Shown here: positions 11,431 to 25,075 of the stretch, piece by piece | How the letters are laid out: every line of letters starts with the position of its first letter | How positions within the stretch are numbered: the stretch's first letter is position 1 | Assembly (NCBI RefSeq): GCF_018350175.1 | Contig: NC_058371.1 | Span: 112,902,001-112,966,000 of the forward strand | DNA length: 64,000 nt | Reading direction: 5' to 3' | DNA from: Felis catus | Lineage: Eukaryota | The notes under the pieces: model-generated | Database searches by the model: none | The model's input: the letters and a program-made list of their open reading frames with translations, nothing else | What the model was told of the DNA's origin: nothing | Translations under genes and position numbers: made by a program

Positions 11431-12829
11431 TTCTCTTTAACTAAAAAGGAAAAGGAACAGACAGTGAAATAGAAATGGAAAATGACATAGACAGTTGTTA
11501 GTGACTCTCCTTTCCTTTTTTTGGAAACTCTTTCTTTCCAAAGGGGGAAATAGGAAAAATTTTCTACTTTTCCCTTCAATCCAGGAACTACCAATTAGTA
11601 TTTCCAAGAAAATAATAATTAAGTAAATATATGATATTTTGTTTGTTTTTTTTTTAATAAAAATGTGCATTTTGAGGGAGAATTCCAAGCTTCTATTAAA
11701 AGGGCTTACTGAAAAGAAGCCAGGAAAACAGAGGTCATCCTGCTTTGCAGGTGGCACTTTGAGCTCTGGCCAGTGGGGAGGCTGGCCTCTCCTTACTTAC
11801 ATGGGCTGTTGACCTGTGGGTCACTCTGCGGCTCCACATTTGTCTGATTTATCTATTTTCTTCCAAATTAAGAGGAAAAAAAATCCACTCATCATATCAC
11901 GATCAAGTCCAGACAGGACAAAAGCTTACGGTTTATGGCAGCTTGTTATAAATGTAAGACGCTGATAGAAAACTCAGACCATCACCAATGTAATGCATGA
12001 AAAGAGTTGCAGGTTAACGTAAGCACAGACAGAGAATGGCCTCTCCTTCTGCCAGAAAGGCAGTCCACTTGGCAACGTTTGTCTACTTACAATTAGCAAC
12101 CCTATTCAAGAGTAGTTTTTTTTTTTTCTTAAATAATTTCTTTTTCTAGTTATGAAAGTGAAACGTCTGTGTGGATAAGACTGAAAACCCTGGGAAGCAC
12201 CCGGAAAGCCTTTAATCTTACCATACACAGATATTTGTTGTTGATATTTTGGTACATGCCTTTTCCATAATTTAATGCTAAGCTTGAGATTCTTTCATTG
12301 TAACTTTAATTCTTAATCCAATTAATATATTTGAGTATGGACGAAAGTATGACCTCAGTAATATGTTTGTATTACCAGTGTTATAACAACTTGAAACAGC
12401 TGACGCGTAAGACATTTTATATCGTTTTACCAAAATGAATTAGTATTTAAATAGCTGGACTGTGATAGCTTTTCTGACACTTGTGTGAGAAATAACATGA
12501 ACATTCCTGAAGAGTGCATGGTAATTTAGGATGTAAGTGTAATATCGCCTGAAGCATTTGTTAAGGGTTGTTTTAAGACTGAATTAAGGATTACAACGTT
12601 TAAACTTCCTGTGTTACCTCACGAATTTTTAAATAATCCTTTTTGTCAGCAGGGTAATATATATATATACACATACATATATATACATATACACACATAT
12701 ACATATATATAAGATTTTGAATGAGGAAGTGAAACCTTAAACCTTAAAAAAATCTTTAAACCTAACTTTTTATGAAATTGCCTAATTGTCTTATCTGTGA
12801 TGCATCAGATGATGCTGATATTGATCATA

Positions 12830-13088
12830 TTTTTAAATTTTCAAATATTGAAGTATAGTTGACATACAATGCTATATTAGTTTTAGGTCTACATCATGGT
12901 GATTTGACAATTCTATATATTATGCATTTGCTCACCATGGTAAGTCTAGTTACCATCTGTCACCATATAAAATTATAATACCTTTGACTATATTCTCTAT
13001 GCTATACTTTTAATCCCAGTGATTTATTTATTTTATAACTGGAGGTTTGTACCTCTTAATCCCCTTCACCTATTTTGCCCATCTCCCC
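12830..13088 (-). mobile_element. L1 3'-terminal fragment (L1MA9/L1_Carn-like)
   Basis: attgaagtatagttgacatacaat...tagttaccatctgtcaccata...ataactggaggtttgtacctcttaatccccttcacc. Confidence 0.85.
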
Positions 13089-13349
13089 GCCCCCCCCCCC
13101 CCCACACACACACATTATCAAGTTGAGTTAGCCACAGTGGTAGACTGGCAGAAAGAATCCCAGAAATGAATGGCATGCAAAAATACTAGAAGTTTATTCT
13201 GGAGAGGCCCATTAGTGAGCAGAGAATTAACTGAAATCACTGAGAGATGAATCTTTCTCTTCACGCCTTTTCATGTCCTTGAGGACAGTGGAGTACCATA
13301 GAAAAGACGTGAGATCAGGGTTGTTCCAGTAAAGAAACATTAGTTACTT

Positions 13350-13552
13350 GGGGCGCCTGGGTGGTTCAGTCAGTTAAGCGTCTGACTTTGACTCAGATCA
13401 TGATCTTGCGGTTCATGAGTTCAAGCCCCATGTAGGGCTCTGCAGATGGCACGGATCCTGGAGCCTGCTTCAGATTCTGTGTCTCCCTCTCTCTGCCCCT
13501 CCCCCGCTGGCGCTCTCTGTCTCTCTCTCAAAATAAATAAAAATTTAAAAAC
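13350..13552 (+). mobile_element. Can-SINE (inserted in a MIR relic)
   Basis: Full head and tail; diverged TSD aaagaaacattagttactt / aaagaaactttggtcactt. Confidence 0.94.
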
Positions 13553-14989
13553 AAAGAAACTTTGGTCACTTAGACTAGGATTATCCACTGCCGTTAGGTA
13601 CGTGCAAGTCATTCTCCTAAATATCACGCCTTTCCCATGTGAAACAGCTGATGTGAGCCTCTTTGGACCTCATTGTTAAAAGCTTTGGCAGTTCTTTCAT
13701 GAGAGCTGTCAGATTATCTTCGCTATATTTCAACCAAGAACTTTAGGTAGTACCTGCTCGTGTATTTTTGATGATGCTGTGGACCTGACAGGTTGCCTAG
13801 CTCTCACTTGATTTTGCATGGGAAGGAGTGCCTGGGTTCTCCCTTACACCAGCAATTCTAGCCAGTGCTACCAGCAGTTTAACTGGTAGCAAGGTCTCCT
13901 TGCAACTCTTTCTCTACCATTGGTTTCAAAACACTTGCAGGTGAAAATTCATGAGGGTTGTTTGTTCCCTTCTTATCATCACTTAGGACTAAACTGTCAT
14001 ACTTGCAGGAGCCTGCAGTACCCAAGCAATCCTCCCTGTGTTCTTTTATCATCTGTGATAGTTATTAGAGTTTTTGGAGCCCTAGGATTTAGAATCCACT
14101 CTATATCATTAAATACTTCATTGTTCACACATTGCAATTCCCTAACAGGATAATAAAGCAATAGTTTACTAGTGGTAAAAGGTGGGCAGAGAGATGGTTT
14201 TTTTTATTTTTTATTTTTTTGTTCTGAGAACTGGATAAGCATCACAGACCTAGAAAGGATGTGCAGGGTAATTAAAGTAGCCAAGAGAGACGGTTCACTG
14301 ATTCTAGGTATTTGTTTTCACCCAGAGCTAGAGCAGAAATCTTCAATACAGCTTTATATAATTGTCTACAAATTGAAATTACAAACCATTCATTAGCTAT
14401 TCAGAGTTCTCTTATGCAGGAGTTAGTAATTTGGGTTCTTTATAAGGGTCTAGCTTTAAATTGGAGTTTACACTAGTATGGTACAAAAAAAAAATTCTTT
14501 TTTTAAAGATCCAGGGAAAGACTGCGGAACTTAGGAGAGAAGAGCTGAGAAGAAAACTTAATTCTTGCCTTTAAAAAGAACATATTTCAAACTCTAGAAC
14601 TTTAGCAATCTTGAAGAGACAGCCAGCCTGAGCCTGGCTCAGGAGATTTTATCTTAACTTCTTGTACTGCTTCTTGCCATCTCATATGTTTTTGCTGTAA
14701 CCGAACCCATTTTTAAGCACACCCAGGAATGAAGGAATTGCACTTGAGTGTTCTCTAATCTGCTGATTGGTATCTCTAAGATGTCATTTTCTGTGCTCCT
14801 AAGGACGTTGATCCTTAAATTCATAGAGTAGAACTAGGTTAAAGTTTGAAGTCATTAAAAGAAGAGGCAAATTCCAGATCAAGATGGCAACATAGGAAGA
14901 TCCTGAACTCACCTCTTCCCAGGGACACACCAAGTCTATAGCTACATATGGAACAATTTCCCCTGAAAAAAATTCTAAAAACCAGTTGA

Positions 14990-15185
14990 GGGGTGCCTGG
15001 GTGGCTCAGTCAGTTGAGCATCTGACTCTTCATTTTGGCTCAGGTCATGCATGAGCTCACAGTTGTGAGATCGAGCCCTGCATTGGGCTCTGCCCTGAAT
15101 GTGGAGCCTGCTTGGGTTTTGATTTCCCTCAAAAAAAAAAAAAAAAACAACCCAAAAAACAAAAAAACAAAAACATAAAAACAAA
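14990..15185 (+). mobile_element. Can-SINE nested in L1 5'UTR
   Basis: GGGGTGCCTGGGTGGCTCAG head, long A-rich tail, cagttgag duplicated on both sides. Confidence 0.92.
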
Positions 15186-16978
15186 ACACCATACAGTTGA
15201 GAGATTCCTACACATCGGGCAGATGAGACAAAAAACCCACACTGAAGTCGGGAGGAGTGACTGAGACACAGTCTCACCATAAAACCCACCCTAGGCACAG
15301 GGACCCGCAATCAGGAGGTCAACTGAAAACCCGGAGCTTTTCCCTGAGGAATGAAGGGTTTGAACCCCACAGCAGAAGACATCCCAACTTCAAAGACATG
15401 CACCTGGGAGATGAGACTCCAAAATATCCAGCTTTGAAAATCAGTGGGATTTGAGCACACAAAACCCACAAGGCTGTATCAACCTGAGAAGTGGCTCTTG
15501 AAGGGCTTGTGTGCTTGGACTCACCAATTCCAGGGCCCAGTGCAGAAGCAGCCAATCGAGAGGCTCATTTGCTTATTTTAAAGCATCAGACTAAGGGATA
15601 AGCATCTAATTTAACAAACACTTAGGGGCCTGCTGCAGTACTCTCCAGGGACAGAGGCTGGTGGGCACCCTCTTTATGCTTCTCTTTGCCTTGCTACAGC
15701 TATTAGGTATCTCCCAGAAAGGAATTTATTTATAGCCTTGCCTGCTGCCCTGATTTTAGTGGCTTCACCCAGGAGCCACCTCCAGATCACCTTGCTGTGG
15801 TAGCCAATGGGGCTTGTTTGCTGTCCCACAGGATTGTGTATATGTGCATATGTTACAAGCTACTGCCTGAAGTTCTATCTAATCAGCCTGAATCTAAATG
15901 CTGAGAGAGATCCTCCTGTTTGGGACTTTGACAGATCTTGGCACATCTCAACTACTGGGAGACATTAAAAATAAATTAGACTGCTTGAATAATCACAAAG
16001 GTTTGAGAGACCATCAAGAACTAGAACAAAGTTGAACAGTAAGTTTCACCTCCTACACAAGCCCATTCCTTCAAGACTGGGAGAAGTAGCTGTTTTATTT
16101 AATGCATAGAAACTGACACACAGAGTCAAGGAAGATGAAGAACAGGAATATGTTTCAAATGAAAGAATAAGATAAAGTCTCAGGAAAAAAATCACTAATG
16201 AAATGGAGACGAGTGATTTACCTGATAGAGTTCAAAGTAATAGTCATAAAGATGCTCACCAAACTTGGAAGAAGAATGGGTAAACACAGTAAGTACTTCA
16301 ACAAATAAACAGAAAATATAAGAAAATACCAAATGCAAATCACAGACCTGAAGAATACAATAACTGAACTGAAAAATACAGTAGAGGGGTTTTAAAACAC
16401 ACTACATGAAATGGAAAAAAGAATAAGTGAACTCAATGACAGGACATTGGAACTCACTCCATCAGAGCAGGAAAAAAGAATGGAAAAAAGTGAAGATAGC
16501 TTACAGAGTTAATGGAACCACATCAAACAGACCAACACTTGCATTTAGGCATCCCAGAAGGAGATGAGAGAGAGAAAGGGGCAGAAATCTTATTTGAAGA
16601 AATAATGGTTGAAAACTTCCCTATCCTGGGAAAAGAAACAGACATCCAAATCCAGAAAGCCCAGAGAGTTGTAAATAAGATGAACAGACCCACACAAAGA
16701 TACGTTATGATTAAAACTGCCAAAAGTTAAAGACCAAGAGACAATTTTGAAAGCAATAAGATAAAAACAGCTTACATAGAAAGGAACCCCTCGTGAAACT
16801 ATTAGCAGATTTTTCAGCAGAAATTTTGCAGGGTAGAAGGGAATGAATACAAAGACATATTCAAAATGCTGAAAGAACAAACTTCCAAACAAGAATACTT
16901 ACCTGGCAAAGTTGTCATTCAGAATTAAAGGAGAGACAAAGAATTTTCCAGACAAGCATAATCTAAAGGAGTTCATCA

Positions 16979-17147
16979 GGGGTGCCTGGGTGGCTCAGTC
17001 AGTTAAGCATCCGACTTAGGAGGCTCAGGTCATAATTTCATAGTTCATGAGTTTGAGCCCCATGTCAGGCTCTGTGCTTACAGCTCAGAGCCTGGAGGCT
17101 GCTTCAGATTCTGTGTCTCCCTCTCTCTGCCCCTTCCCTGCTTGCGT

Positions 17148-17195
<48 letters not shown>

Positions 17196-17242
17196 AAAAA
17201 TAAATGTTAAAGAAATTTTCTTTAAATCAAAAAATAAAAAAA
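16979..17242 (+). mobile_element. Can-SINE nested in L1 ORF1
   Basis: TSD taaaggagttcatca / taaaggagttcgtca. Confidence 0.95.
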
Positions 17243-17531
17243 TAAAGGAGTTCGTCAATGCTAAACGAGCCTTACAAGAAACATTAAAGGGATTTCTTTA
17301 GGCTGAAAAGAAAGGGCACTAATTAGTAACAAGAAAACATTGAAAGTATAAATCTCATTGGTAAAGGTAAATATATAGTAAAATTCACTTGTAAAATTTG
17401 TATGAAGATCAAAAGACAAAAATAGTAAAAATAATTATAACCAGAATTACAAGGGACACACAGGATAAAAAGATGTAAAATATGACATCAAAACATAAAA
17501 AATGGGAAAAAGAATTAAAATGTAGAGTTTT

Positions 17532-17723
17532 TGTTTTGGTTTGTTTTGGTTTGTTTTTGAGAGAGAGAGAGAGAGAGGGAAGAGCAGAGACAGAGGAGAG
17601 AGAGAATCTTAAGCAGGCTCCATGCCCAGCATGGAGTACAATGCAGGGCTCCATCCCACGGCTGTGAGATCTTGACCTGAGCCAAAATCATCTCAGTCTG
17701 AGACTGAGTCACCCCAGTGCCCC
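17532..17723 (-). mobile_element. Can-SINE nested in L1 inter-ORF region
   Basis: 15-bp TSD aaaatgtagagtttt (17517-17531 / 17724-17738). Confidence 0.93.
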
Positions 17724-18853
17724 AAAATGTAGAGTTTTAGAATGCATTGAAACTTAAGTTGCTACCAACTTAAAATAAACTGTTATAAATGGAAATTGGT
17801 GTATGTAAGCCTCATGGTAACTACAAAGCAAAAACCTAGTAGGTACCCAAAAGACACAGGGAAAGAGATCTAAGCATACCTCTAAAGAATACCTCTTAAG
17901 CCTCAAAGGAAGAGAGCAAGAGAATAAAGGAACAGAGAAACTACAAAGCAGTTAACAAAATGGCAATAAAATCAATACCTATTAATAATTACTTCAAGTA
18001 TAATTGAACTAAATTCTCCAATAAAAGACATAGAGTGGCTGAATGGATCAAAAATAAGACCTGTCTATATGCTGCTACAGGATAGTCACCTCAGATGTAA
18101 AGATACACAGACTGAAAGGGAAGGAATGGAAAAAGATACTCCATGCAAATGCAGACCTAAAGAAAGCTGGGGTAGCTATACTTATATCACACAGAACAGT
18201 CTTTTTTTCAAAAAAAAAAAAAAAAAAAGACTGTAATAAGAGACAAACAAGAACATTACATATGAGAGTGAGTTCCAAAAATAGCATATAGTATTTGTAA
18301 ATTTTTATTCACCCAACATAGGTACACCTAAACATATACAGCAAATATTAACATACCTAAAGAAAGAAATGGACAGCAAAACAATAATAGTAGAGGACTT
18401 TAACACCCCACTTAAATCAATAGTTAGATCATTGAGACAGGAAATCAATAAAAAAACATCATCTGTGAACAACATGTTAGGCCAGATGAACTTACCAGAT
18501 AGACACAGAACATTCCATCTAAAAGCAATAGAATACACATTCTTCTCAAGCATAAATGGAAAACATTCTCCGGAAGAGAGATATATTAGGCTGCAACACA
18601 AGTCTTAATATACTTAGGAGATTTGAAATAATATCAAGTATCTTTTCCAAGACCAATAGCATGACTAGAAATGTATTTATAGGAAGAAAACTGGGAAATT
18701 TGTAAAAATGTGGAGATTAAACAACATGCTACTGAATAAGCCATAGGTCAAAGAAGAAATCAAAAAAGTAAAAAAATACCTTGAGACAAATGAAAATGGA
18801 AATACAACATAGTAAAACATATAGGATGCAGCAAAGGCAATAAGAAGATTATA

Positions 18854-19073
18854 GGGGTGCCTGGGTGGCGCAGTCGGTTAAGCGTCTGACTTCAGCCAGG
18901 TCACGATCTCGCGGTCCGTGAGTTCAAGCCCCGCGTGAGGCTCTGGGCTGATGGCTCAGAGCCTGGAGCCTGTTTCCGATTCTGTGGCTCCCTCTCTCTC
19001 TGCCCCTCCCCCGTTCATGCTCTGTCTCTCTCTGTCCCAAAAATAAATAAACGTTGAAAAAAAAAATTTAAAA
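18854..19073 (+). mobile_element. Young SINEC_Fc1-type Can-SINE nested in L1 ORF2
   Basis: GGCGCAGTCGGTTAAG, CAGCCAGGTCACGATCTCGCGG diagnostics; TSD aagaagattata (18842-18853 / 19074-19085). Confidence 0.97.
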
Positions 19074-19329
19074 AAGAAGATTATAACAGTAAGTGCCTAC
19101 CTCAGAAAGAAGAAAATCTCAAGCAACCTAACTTCACACTTCAAGGAACTAGAAAAAGAAAAAGCCCAAAGTTAGGAAGTATATAACAAAGATCAGAGCA
19201 TAAATAAATGAAATAGAGACTTAAAGAGAAATAAAAACAGGCCAATGAAACTAACAGCTGGTTCTTAAAAAGATAAAACAATTGACAAGTCTTTATCTAG
19301 ACTAACCTAGTAAAAAAAAGAGGGGATTT

Positions 19330-19475
19330 GGGGCTCCTGGGTGGCTCAGTCTGTTAAGCGTCCGACTTTGGCTCAGGTCATGATCTCTTGGTTCCTGGGT
19401 TAGCCCTGCATCAGGTTCTGCGCTGACAGCTCAGAGCCTGGAGCCTGCTTCGGATTCTGTGTCTCCCTCTCTTTC
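19330..19475 (+). mobile_element. Can-SINE nested in L1 ORF2 (tail in N gap 19476-19613)
   Basis: GGGGCTCCTGGGTGGCTCAG head and body. Confidence 0.92.
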
Positions 19476-22400
19476 NNNNNNNNNNNNNNNNNNNNNNNNN
19501 NNNNNNNNNNNNNNNNNNNNNNNNNNNNNNNNNNNNNNNNNNNNNNNNNNNNNNNNNNNNNNNNNNNNNNNNNNNNNNNNNNNNNNNNNNNNNNNNNNNN
19601 NNNNNNNNNNNNNAGAGGAGATCTTACCAAATATCAGCATTGTATCTTACAACACAAAGCATTGTAAGAGACTATATGAGCAACTATATACCCACAAATT
19701 GGACATCCTAGAAGAAATGGGTAAGTTCCTAAAAACATACACCATACCAAGAAATAGAAATAGAAAGTCAGAACAGATTGATTACTAGTAAGGACATTAA
19801 ATCAGTAATCAAAAACCCCAACAAACAAAAGTTCAGGACTTCACTGGTGAATTCTACCAAACATTCAGAAGAATTAATACCAATCCCTCTCAAACTCATA
19901 CAAAATATAGAAGAGGAGGGATTACTTCCAAAATCATTTTACAAAGTCAGAATTACCCCAAAACCAAAACCAAACAAGGATGCCACAATTAAAGTTATAG
20001 GCCAATATCCCTGATGAACATAGATGGCAAAACTCCCAACAAAATGTCAGCAAACTGAATTGCACAATTCATTAAAAAAATCATAAACCATGATCAAATC
20101 ATGATCAAGATCATGATCAAGAGGGATGTATTTCAGGAATGCAAGGATGTTTTCACATCCTCAAATGAATGTGATACGTCACATTAACCAAACAAAAGAT
20201 AAAAATCATTTAATCATTTCAAGATGCAGAAAATGTATTCGACAAACTCAGCATCAATTTATGATTAAAAACTCTTATCAAAGTGGGTATAGAGGGAATA
20301 TACCTCAACGTAATATTACAACAATATATGGCAAGCCCACAGCTAACATTATTTCCAGTGATGAAAAGCTGAAAGTGTTTCCTGTAAAATCAGAAACAAG
20401 ACAATGATGCCCATTCTTGCCACTTTTATTCATTACAGTATTGGAAGTCTTAGAGCAATTAGTCATGAAAAAGAAATAAAAGACACCCAGATCAGAAAGG
20501 ATTAAGTAAAACTGTCACTCTCTGCAGAAGACATGATATTATATGTAGAAAATCCTAAAGAATCTACCACAAACCTATTAGCAATTATAAATGAATGCAG
20601 TAAAAGGCACAAAATTGATATACAAAAATCTATTATGTTTTTATACACACATACTGAACTATCAGAAAGAGAAACTTAGAAAAAAAATCCCATTTACAAT
20701 TGCATCAAAATGAATAAACTATTTAGGAATAAATTTAACCAAAGAGGAGAAAGACTTGTACACTGAAAACCATAAGCCATTGATTTTTAAAAGTTGAAGA
20801 AAATGCAGATAAATGGAAAGATAATCTGTGTTCATGGACTTAAACGGTTAATATTGTGGAAGTATCCATAATAACCAAAGCAATCTACAGATTCAGTGCA
20901 ATCCCTATCAAAATTCTAATGGCATTTTTCATAGAAATAGAATAAACATCCTAAAATTTGTATGGAACCTCACAAGTCCCCAAATAACAAAAGGAATCTT
21001 GAGAAAGAGGACCAAAGTTGAAGCATCACGCTCCCTGATTTTAAGCTATATTAGAAAGCTATAGTAACCAAAACAGTATGATATGGGCATTAAAACAGAC
21101 ACACAGATCAGTAGAACAGAGTAGAGAGCCCAGAAATTAACCCACACATGTATGGTCAATTAATTTATGACAAAGGAGCTAAGAATGTAGAATGGGGAAA
21201 GGACAGTCTCTTCAATAAATGGTCCTGGGAAAACTGGACAACCATATACAAAAGAATGAAAATGGACTACTATCTTACACCATACACAAAAATTAACTCA
21301 AAATGGATTAAATACTTAAGCGTAAGATCTGAAATCATAAACCTCCTGGAAGAAAACATAGGCAGTAAGCTCTTTGACATTGGTCTTGGCAATGATTTTT
21401 TTGAATCTGAAACCAAAAGCAAAGACAACAAAGGCAAAAAATAAACGAGTGGGACTACATCAAACTAAAAATTAAAAAACTTCTGCGTTTTTTACAAATG
21501 AATCATAAACAAAATGAATGGAAGAAATGAATGAGTGGAAGAAAATATTTTAAAATCATTTATCGGATAAGGGGTTAATATCCAAAATACATGAAGTTCA
21601 TAAAACTCAGTAAAAAAAAAAAAATCCAATTAAAAATGAGCAGAGGATCTGAATAGACATTTTTCCGAAAAAGACATACACTGGCCAACAGATAAATGAA
21701 AAGATGCTCAACGTCACCAATCATTGGGGAAATACAAATCAAAATCACAAAGAGATAGCAACTCACACTTGTTAGAATGGGTATTACCAAAAACCAAGAA
21801 ATAAAAAGTGTTGGTCAGCATATGGAGANNNNNNNNNNNNNNNNNNNNNNNNNNNNNNNNNNNNNNNNNNNNNNNNNNNNNNNNNNNNNNNNNNNNNNNN
21901 NNNNNNNNNNNNNNNNNNNNNNNNNNNNNNNNNNNNNNNNNNNNNNNNNNNNNNNNNNNGAAAACATTAGTTCAAAAAGATATATGTGCACTTACGTTTA
22001 TTACAGCATTATTTACAATCCCAAGATATGGAAGCAACATGTGAATATTTGATTGATCCTCTTTCCATTATCCTTTTATAATATGTTCTATAATTCTTCC
22101 TTCACATTGACAAACACAAGCTAAGATTACAAACAGAATTGTATGTGAAGTAGTTCTAAAGAACAAAAGTCAAATCTTTTTGTTATTTCAAGGACTACTT
22201 ATTGTGGCTTGTGAGGGAGAGATTGTGTCACTGTTCTGAATCTCCATCTTGAGCACAAAGTATGATTCACAATTATGTCTCAAATCAATACATGACTAGA
22301 TGGATAATATATCTTTCAAGCAATATATGGTATCCAGGTGTGCAGAATTCTATTGGTGATGGACACAAATTGCATCTTTTTAAGAGTTATGGTTGATAGA

Positions 22401-22477
22401 AATATGAATGAAGGGCATCCCACTTCTGCTTGCATTGCTGTACCCAGACTTTTGATTGAAAGTAGTATGGGTTCTCA

Positions 22478-22684
22478 GGGCACCTGGATGGCTCAGTCAG
22501 TTAAATGTCCAATTCTTGGTTTCAGCTCAGGACATTATCTCATGGTTTGTTGGGTCAAGCCCTACGTGGGGCTCTGCACTGACAGCATGGAGCCTGTTTT
22601 GGATTCTCTTTCTCCCTCTCTCTCCGCCCCTCTTCTGATTGCGTGCTCTCTCTCTCTCAAAATAAATAAACATTAAGAAAAAGA
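22478..22684 (+). mobile_element. Can-SINE
   Basis: Head, body, tail; diverged TSD gaaagtagtatgggttctca / gaaagtaatatacattctca. Confidence 0.93.
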
Positions 22685-24050
22685 AGAAAGTAATATACAT
22701 TCTCATCTTGATTCCTATAAAATACTCAAGCTACACCACCATGATGTTGGTTTTGGTGAAAATAAACTCCACACGCAGTTGCACTGAAACCTTTGAGCAG
22801 GAGTGACTGAAGGAACTAGAAGATTCTGAACCTAGGGTAAGGGCCATCTTGGCCTGGCAATCTATTATTTCTTGTTGCCTTGAACACTTCTAGGCAGAGT
22901 CTGTGAGATGCTTTACAAATCCTAAATAGATTTCAAATACTCTTCCAAAAATTAATAAAACTGCGATTTGTAATCTTTACTCAAAGAGGCAGAAATGTGA
23001 AAAAGAAAAGGAGAGATCAGAAATGACTCATTGTTAAGGCAATATGAGCAATTTTTTGACTAAACAAAGCTACCGGAAACCACTTTGATTAGAAGTATTT
23101 TGTATTGAACACCATCCAGAATATAGTAGCTTTTTTTAAAAATTAACTCCTCCCTCATCCCAGTATAAATTTTAAATGAATTATTTCTTGATGCAGTTTA
23201 AATAACTATACAAACAAAGGAAAGGATGGGTTTCTCTGATGTGACATTAATGACAGGTGCACACTAAGAAGTTCATTCAAGAATTTTTATAGAATGAAGA
23301 GGAGTGTCAGAGACAGCTGGGCTTGCAAACTACCGGAAGTCTTTTATTGTTTCCTGAACTGGACCAAGTCCAAAAGTGAGAATAATTACTCTAACTGCCA
23401 AGTTTTCAGGCTGTTCAGATAACCCTGCTCTTGTAGGAAAGAAATGTGAGCCAAGGTGCAAGAATAGCCACTGAATTTTATTAAAAAAAAAAACCAAAAA
23501 CTAAGAGAGCAGAAGCGGTCTGTTTGCTTTAACTAACAGAATACAAAGCAAAGAACCATCTTGTCAAAACCACAAAAAATAAAGGAGAGAGAAAATCAGA
23601 CTCATTACCCACTCTTAGGCTTTGTCATAATACAAAAGCCAAGGATTTCAACGAGGCTTCTTTGGGACTTGTATGTTATTGATGAAAACCTCTGTGGGAG
23701 GGACAGGAAGTAGCTCTCAATATCAAATGGAAAATTTTTATTCTGAAAACACTTTGTTTTCTAACAATTTTTAGGATTACCTTGATTTAAAGTGAACATG
23801 TCCCCTCTGTTGAAAATAGAGAAGAAATCATAGGTTTTGCTCTAAATTTCCAAAGTTAATAACCAATTTAGATGATATATGCTAAGTGCTTTATCTACAA
23901 AATCTTAATCATCCTCCAACAGACCTATGCAGAAAAAGCTATTAGATGGGTGTCCCATTTTTTGAGATAGAGGCGTTCCTTGAAAATGACAAAATGTTCA
24001 GATATTTCAGAAATTCCATAATTCAAAATCTGTTTTCCTGTAGGAATAAT

Positions 24051-24203
24051 TTTTTTTAATCTTTTTTTAATGGGTAATGGCTTTATTTATTATTTTTTTA
24101 AATTGTTTATTTTTTAAGTAAGCTCCATGGCCAACGTGGGGCCTGAACTCACAACCCCAACATCAAGTGTCACATGCTCTACCCTGAGCCGGCCAGGTGC
24201 TCC
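24051..24203 (-). mobile_element. Short old Can-SINE (tRNA-like head plus tail, no CT tract)
   Basis: gtggggcctgaactcacaaccc...ctgagccggccaggtgctcc; TSD taggaataattt. Confidence 0.85.
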
Positions 24204-24927
24204 CATAGGAATAATTTTAAACACAATAATACATACCTAATCATAGCTTTTCATTGTGTCTAACTTTTGTTTCTTCATTCCAAAGTTCTTGGCTTCTGGC
24301 ACATGTTTCTCTGTTCTACCACTAGCAACCCCGACTTAATGAATACTTGGATGCATGGTTATAATTTACCAGTAATAGCTCGATAGTCAGCACAAATCAC
24401 ACTCAGGACTTCTGAGGTACCTAAACAACAGCCTAGTTCGGAAGATGCTGACAGAAGATGGTATTTCTGTTTTCCACTAATGTGGTACTCTTGTGTGACA
24501 GTGTCATAGTTTATATAAGTTTGGCCATCTGCTTTGAAATTATGTCGTTCTTGAGTACGTTTTAGATATAGGGGATTCATATTCCTTTAGATTTTGCATA
24601 TCACATGTGTCTTTATTAATATTGTATATGCCAGTATTTCAAAATGTTGTGATCCAAATCCATGTAAAATGCAACTGTGCCCATATTGGCTGATGAAGGA
24701 ACTAATGCTTAGTGATTAAGAACTTTACCCATAGACAGTCAGTTTATAGATAGCAGAGTCAGAATTAGTTGGTCTGACCTGTAACCCCATGCTCTTTGCT
24801 CAGTGCATGCTGCTTACTTAACTGGGAAGGTCAAAGTTAAAGGTGCTACCTCCAGACAGTCTTTGTGAGTGACTTCCATAAAAGGGAAATATGATTTTAT
24901 ACGCCAAGGGAAGGAAGATAAACTTAG

Positions 24928-25075
24928 CCGAATTTCTCAAACTGTAACCTGTGAACTATTTGCATCAAAACACTTGGAATGTCTTTAAAAATTTCCATTT
25001 CTGGGTCTTCCGCCAAAGCTATTAAATTAGAGCCTGGCAATCTGCACTTATTACTAACCTTCATGGTTTACTGTA
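24928..25075. mobile_element. MER5-like hAT-Charlie DNA transposon relic
   Basis: tttctcaaact...gcatca...ttctgggtc...gcctggcaatctgcactt pattern. Confidence 0.55.

Larger units (their letters stand above)
14871..22040 (+). mobile_element. Near full-length, decayed LINE-1 (5'UTR, ORF1, ORF2; 3'UTR absent)
   Basis: 5' end aagatggc..aggaagatcctgaactcacctc; ORF1 remnant GIPEGDEREKGAEILFEEIMVENFP (16512-16730); ORF2 from about 17960 with endonuclease TIIVEDFNTPL (18369-18608); RT motif decayed to LSLSAEDMIL (consensus LSLFADDMIL, about 20512-20541); C-terminal [21 protein letters not shown] (21148-21444). Many stops and frameshifts. Confidence 0.95.

Noticed and set aside
13866-13891. Hairpin TGCTACCAG-N8-CTGGTAGCA
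   Set aside because: A 9-bp stem is too short for a pre-miRNA and is expected by chance.
9723-22040. Idea that the L1 3' end at 9.7-10.8 kb is the displaced tail of the long L1 at 14.9-22.0 kb
   Set aside because: The two overlap in L1 consensus coordinates (both include the aaaacactaa/aaaacattag segment), and the short one has its own TSD, so they are independent insertions.
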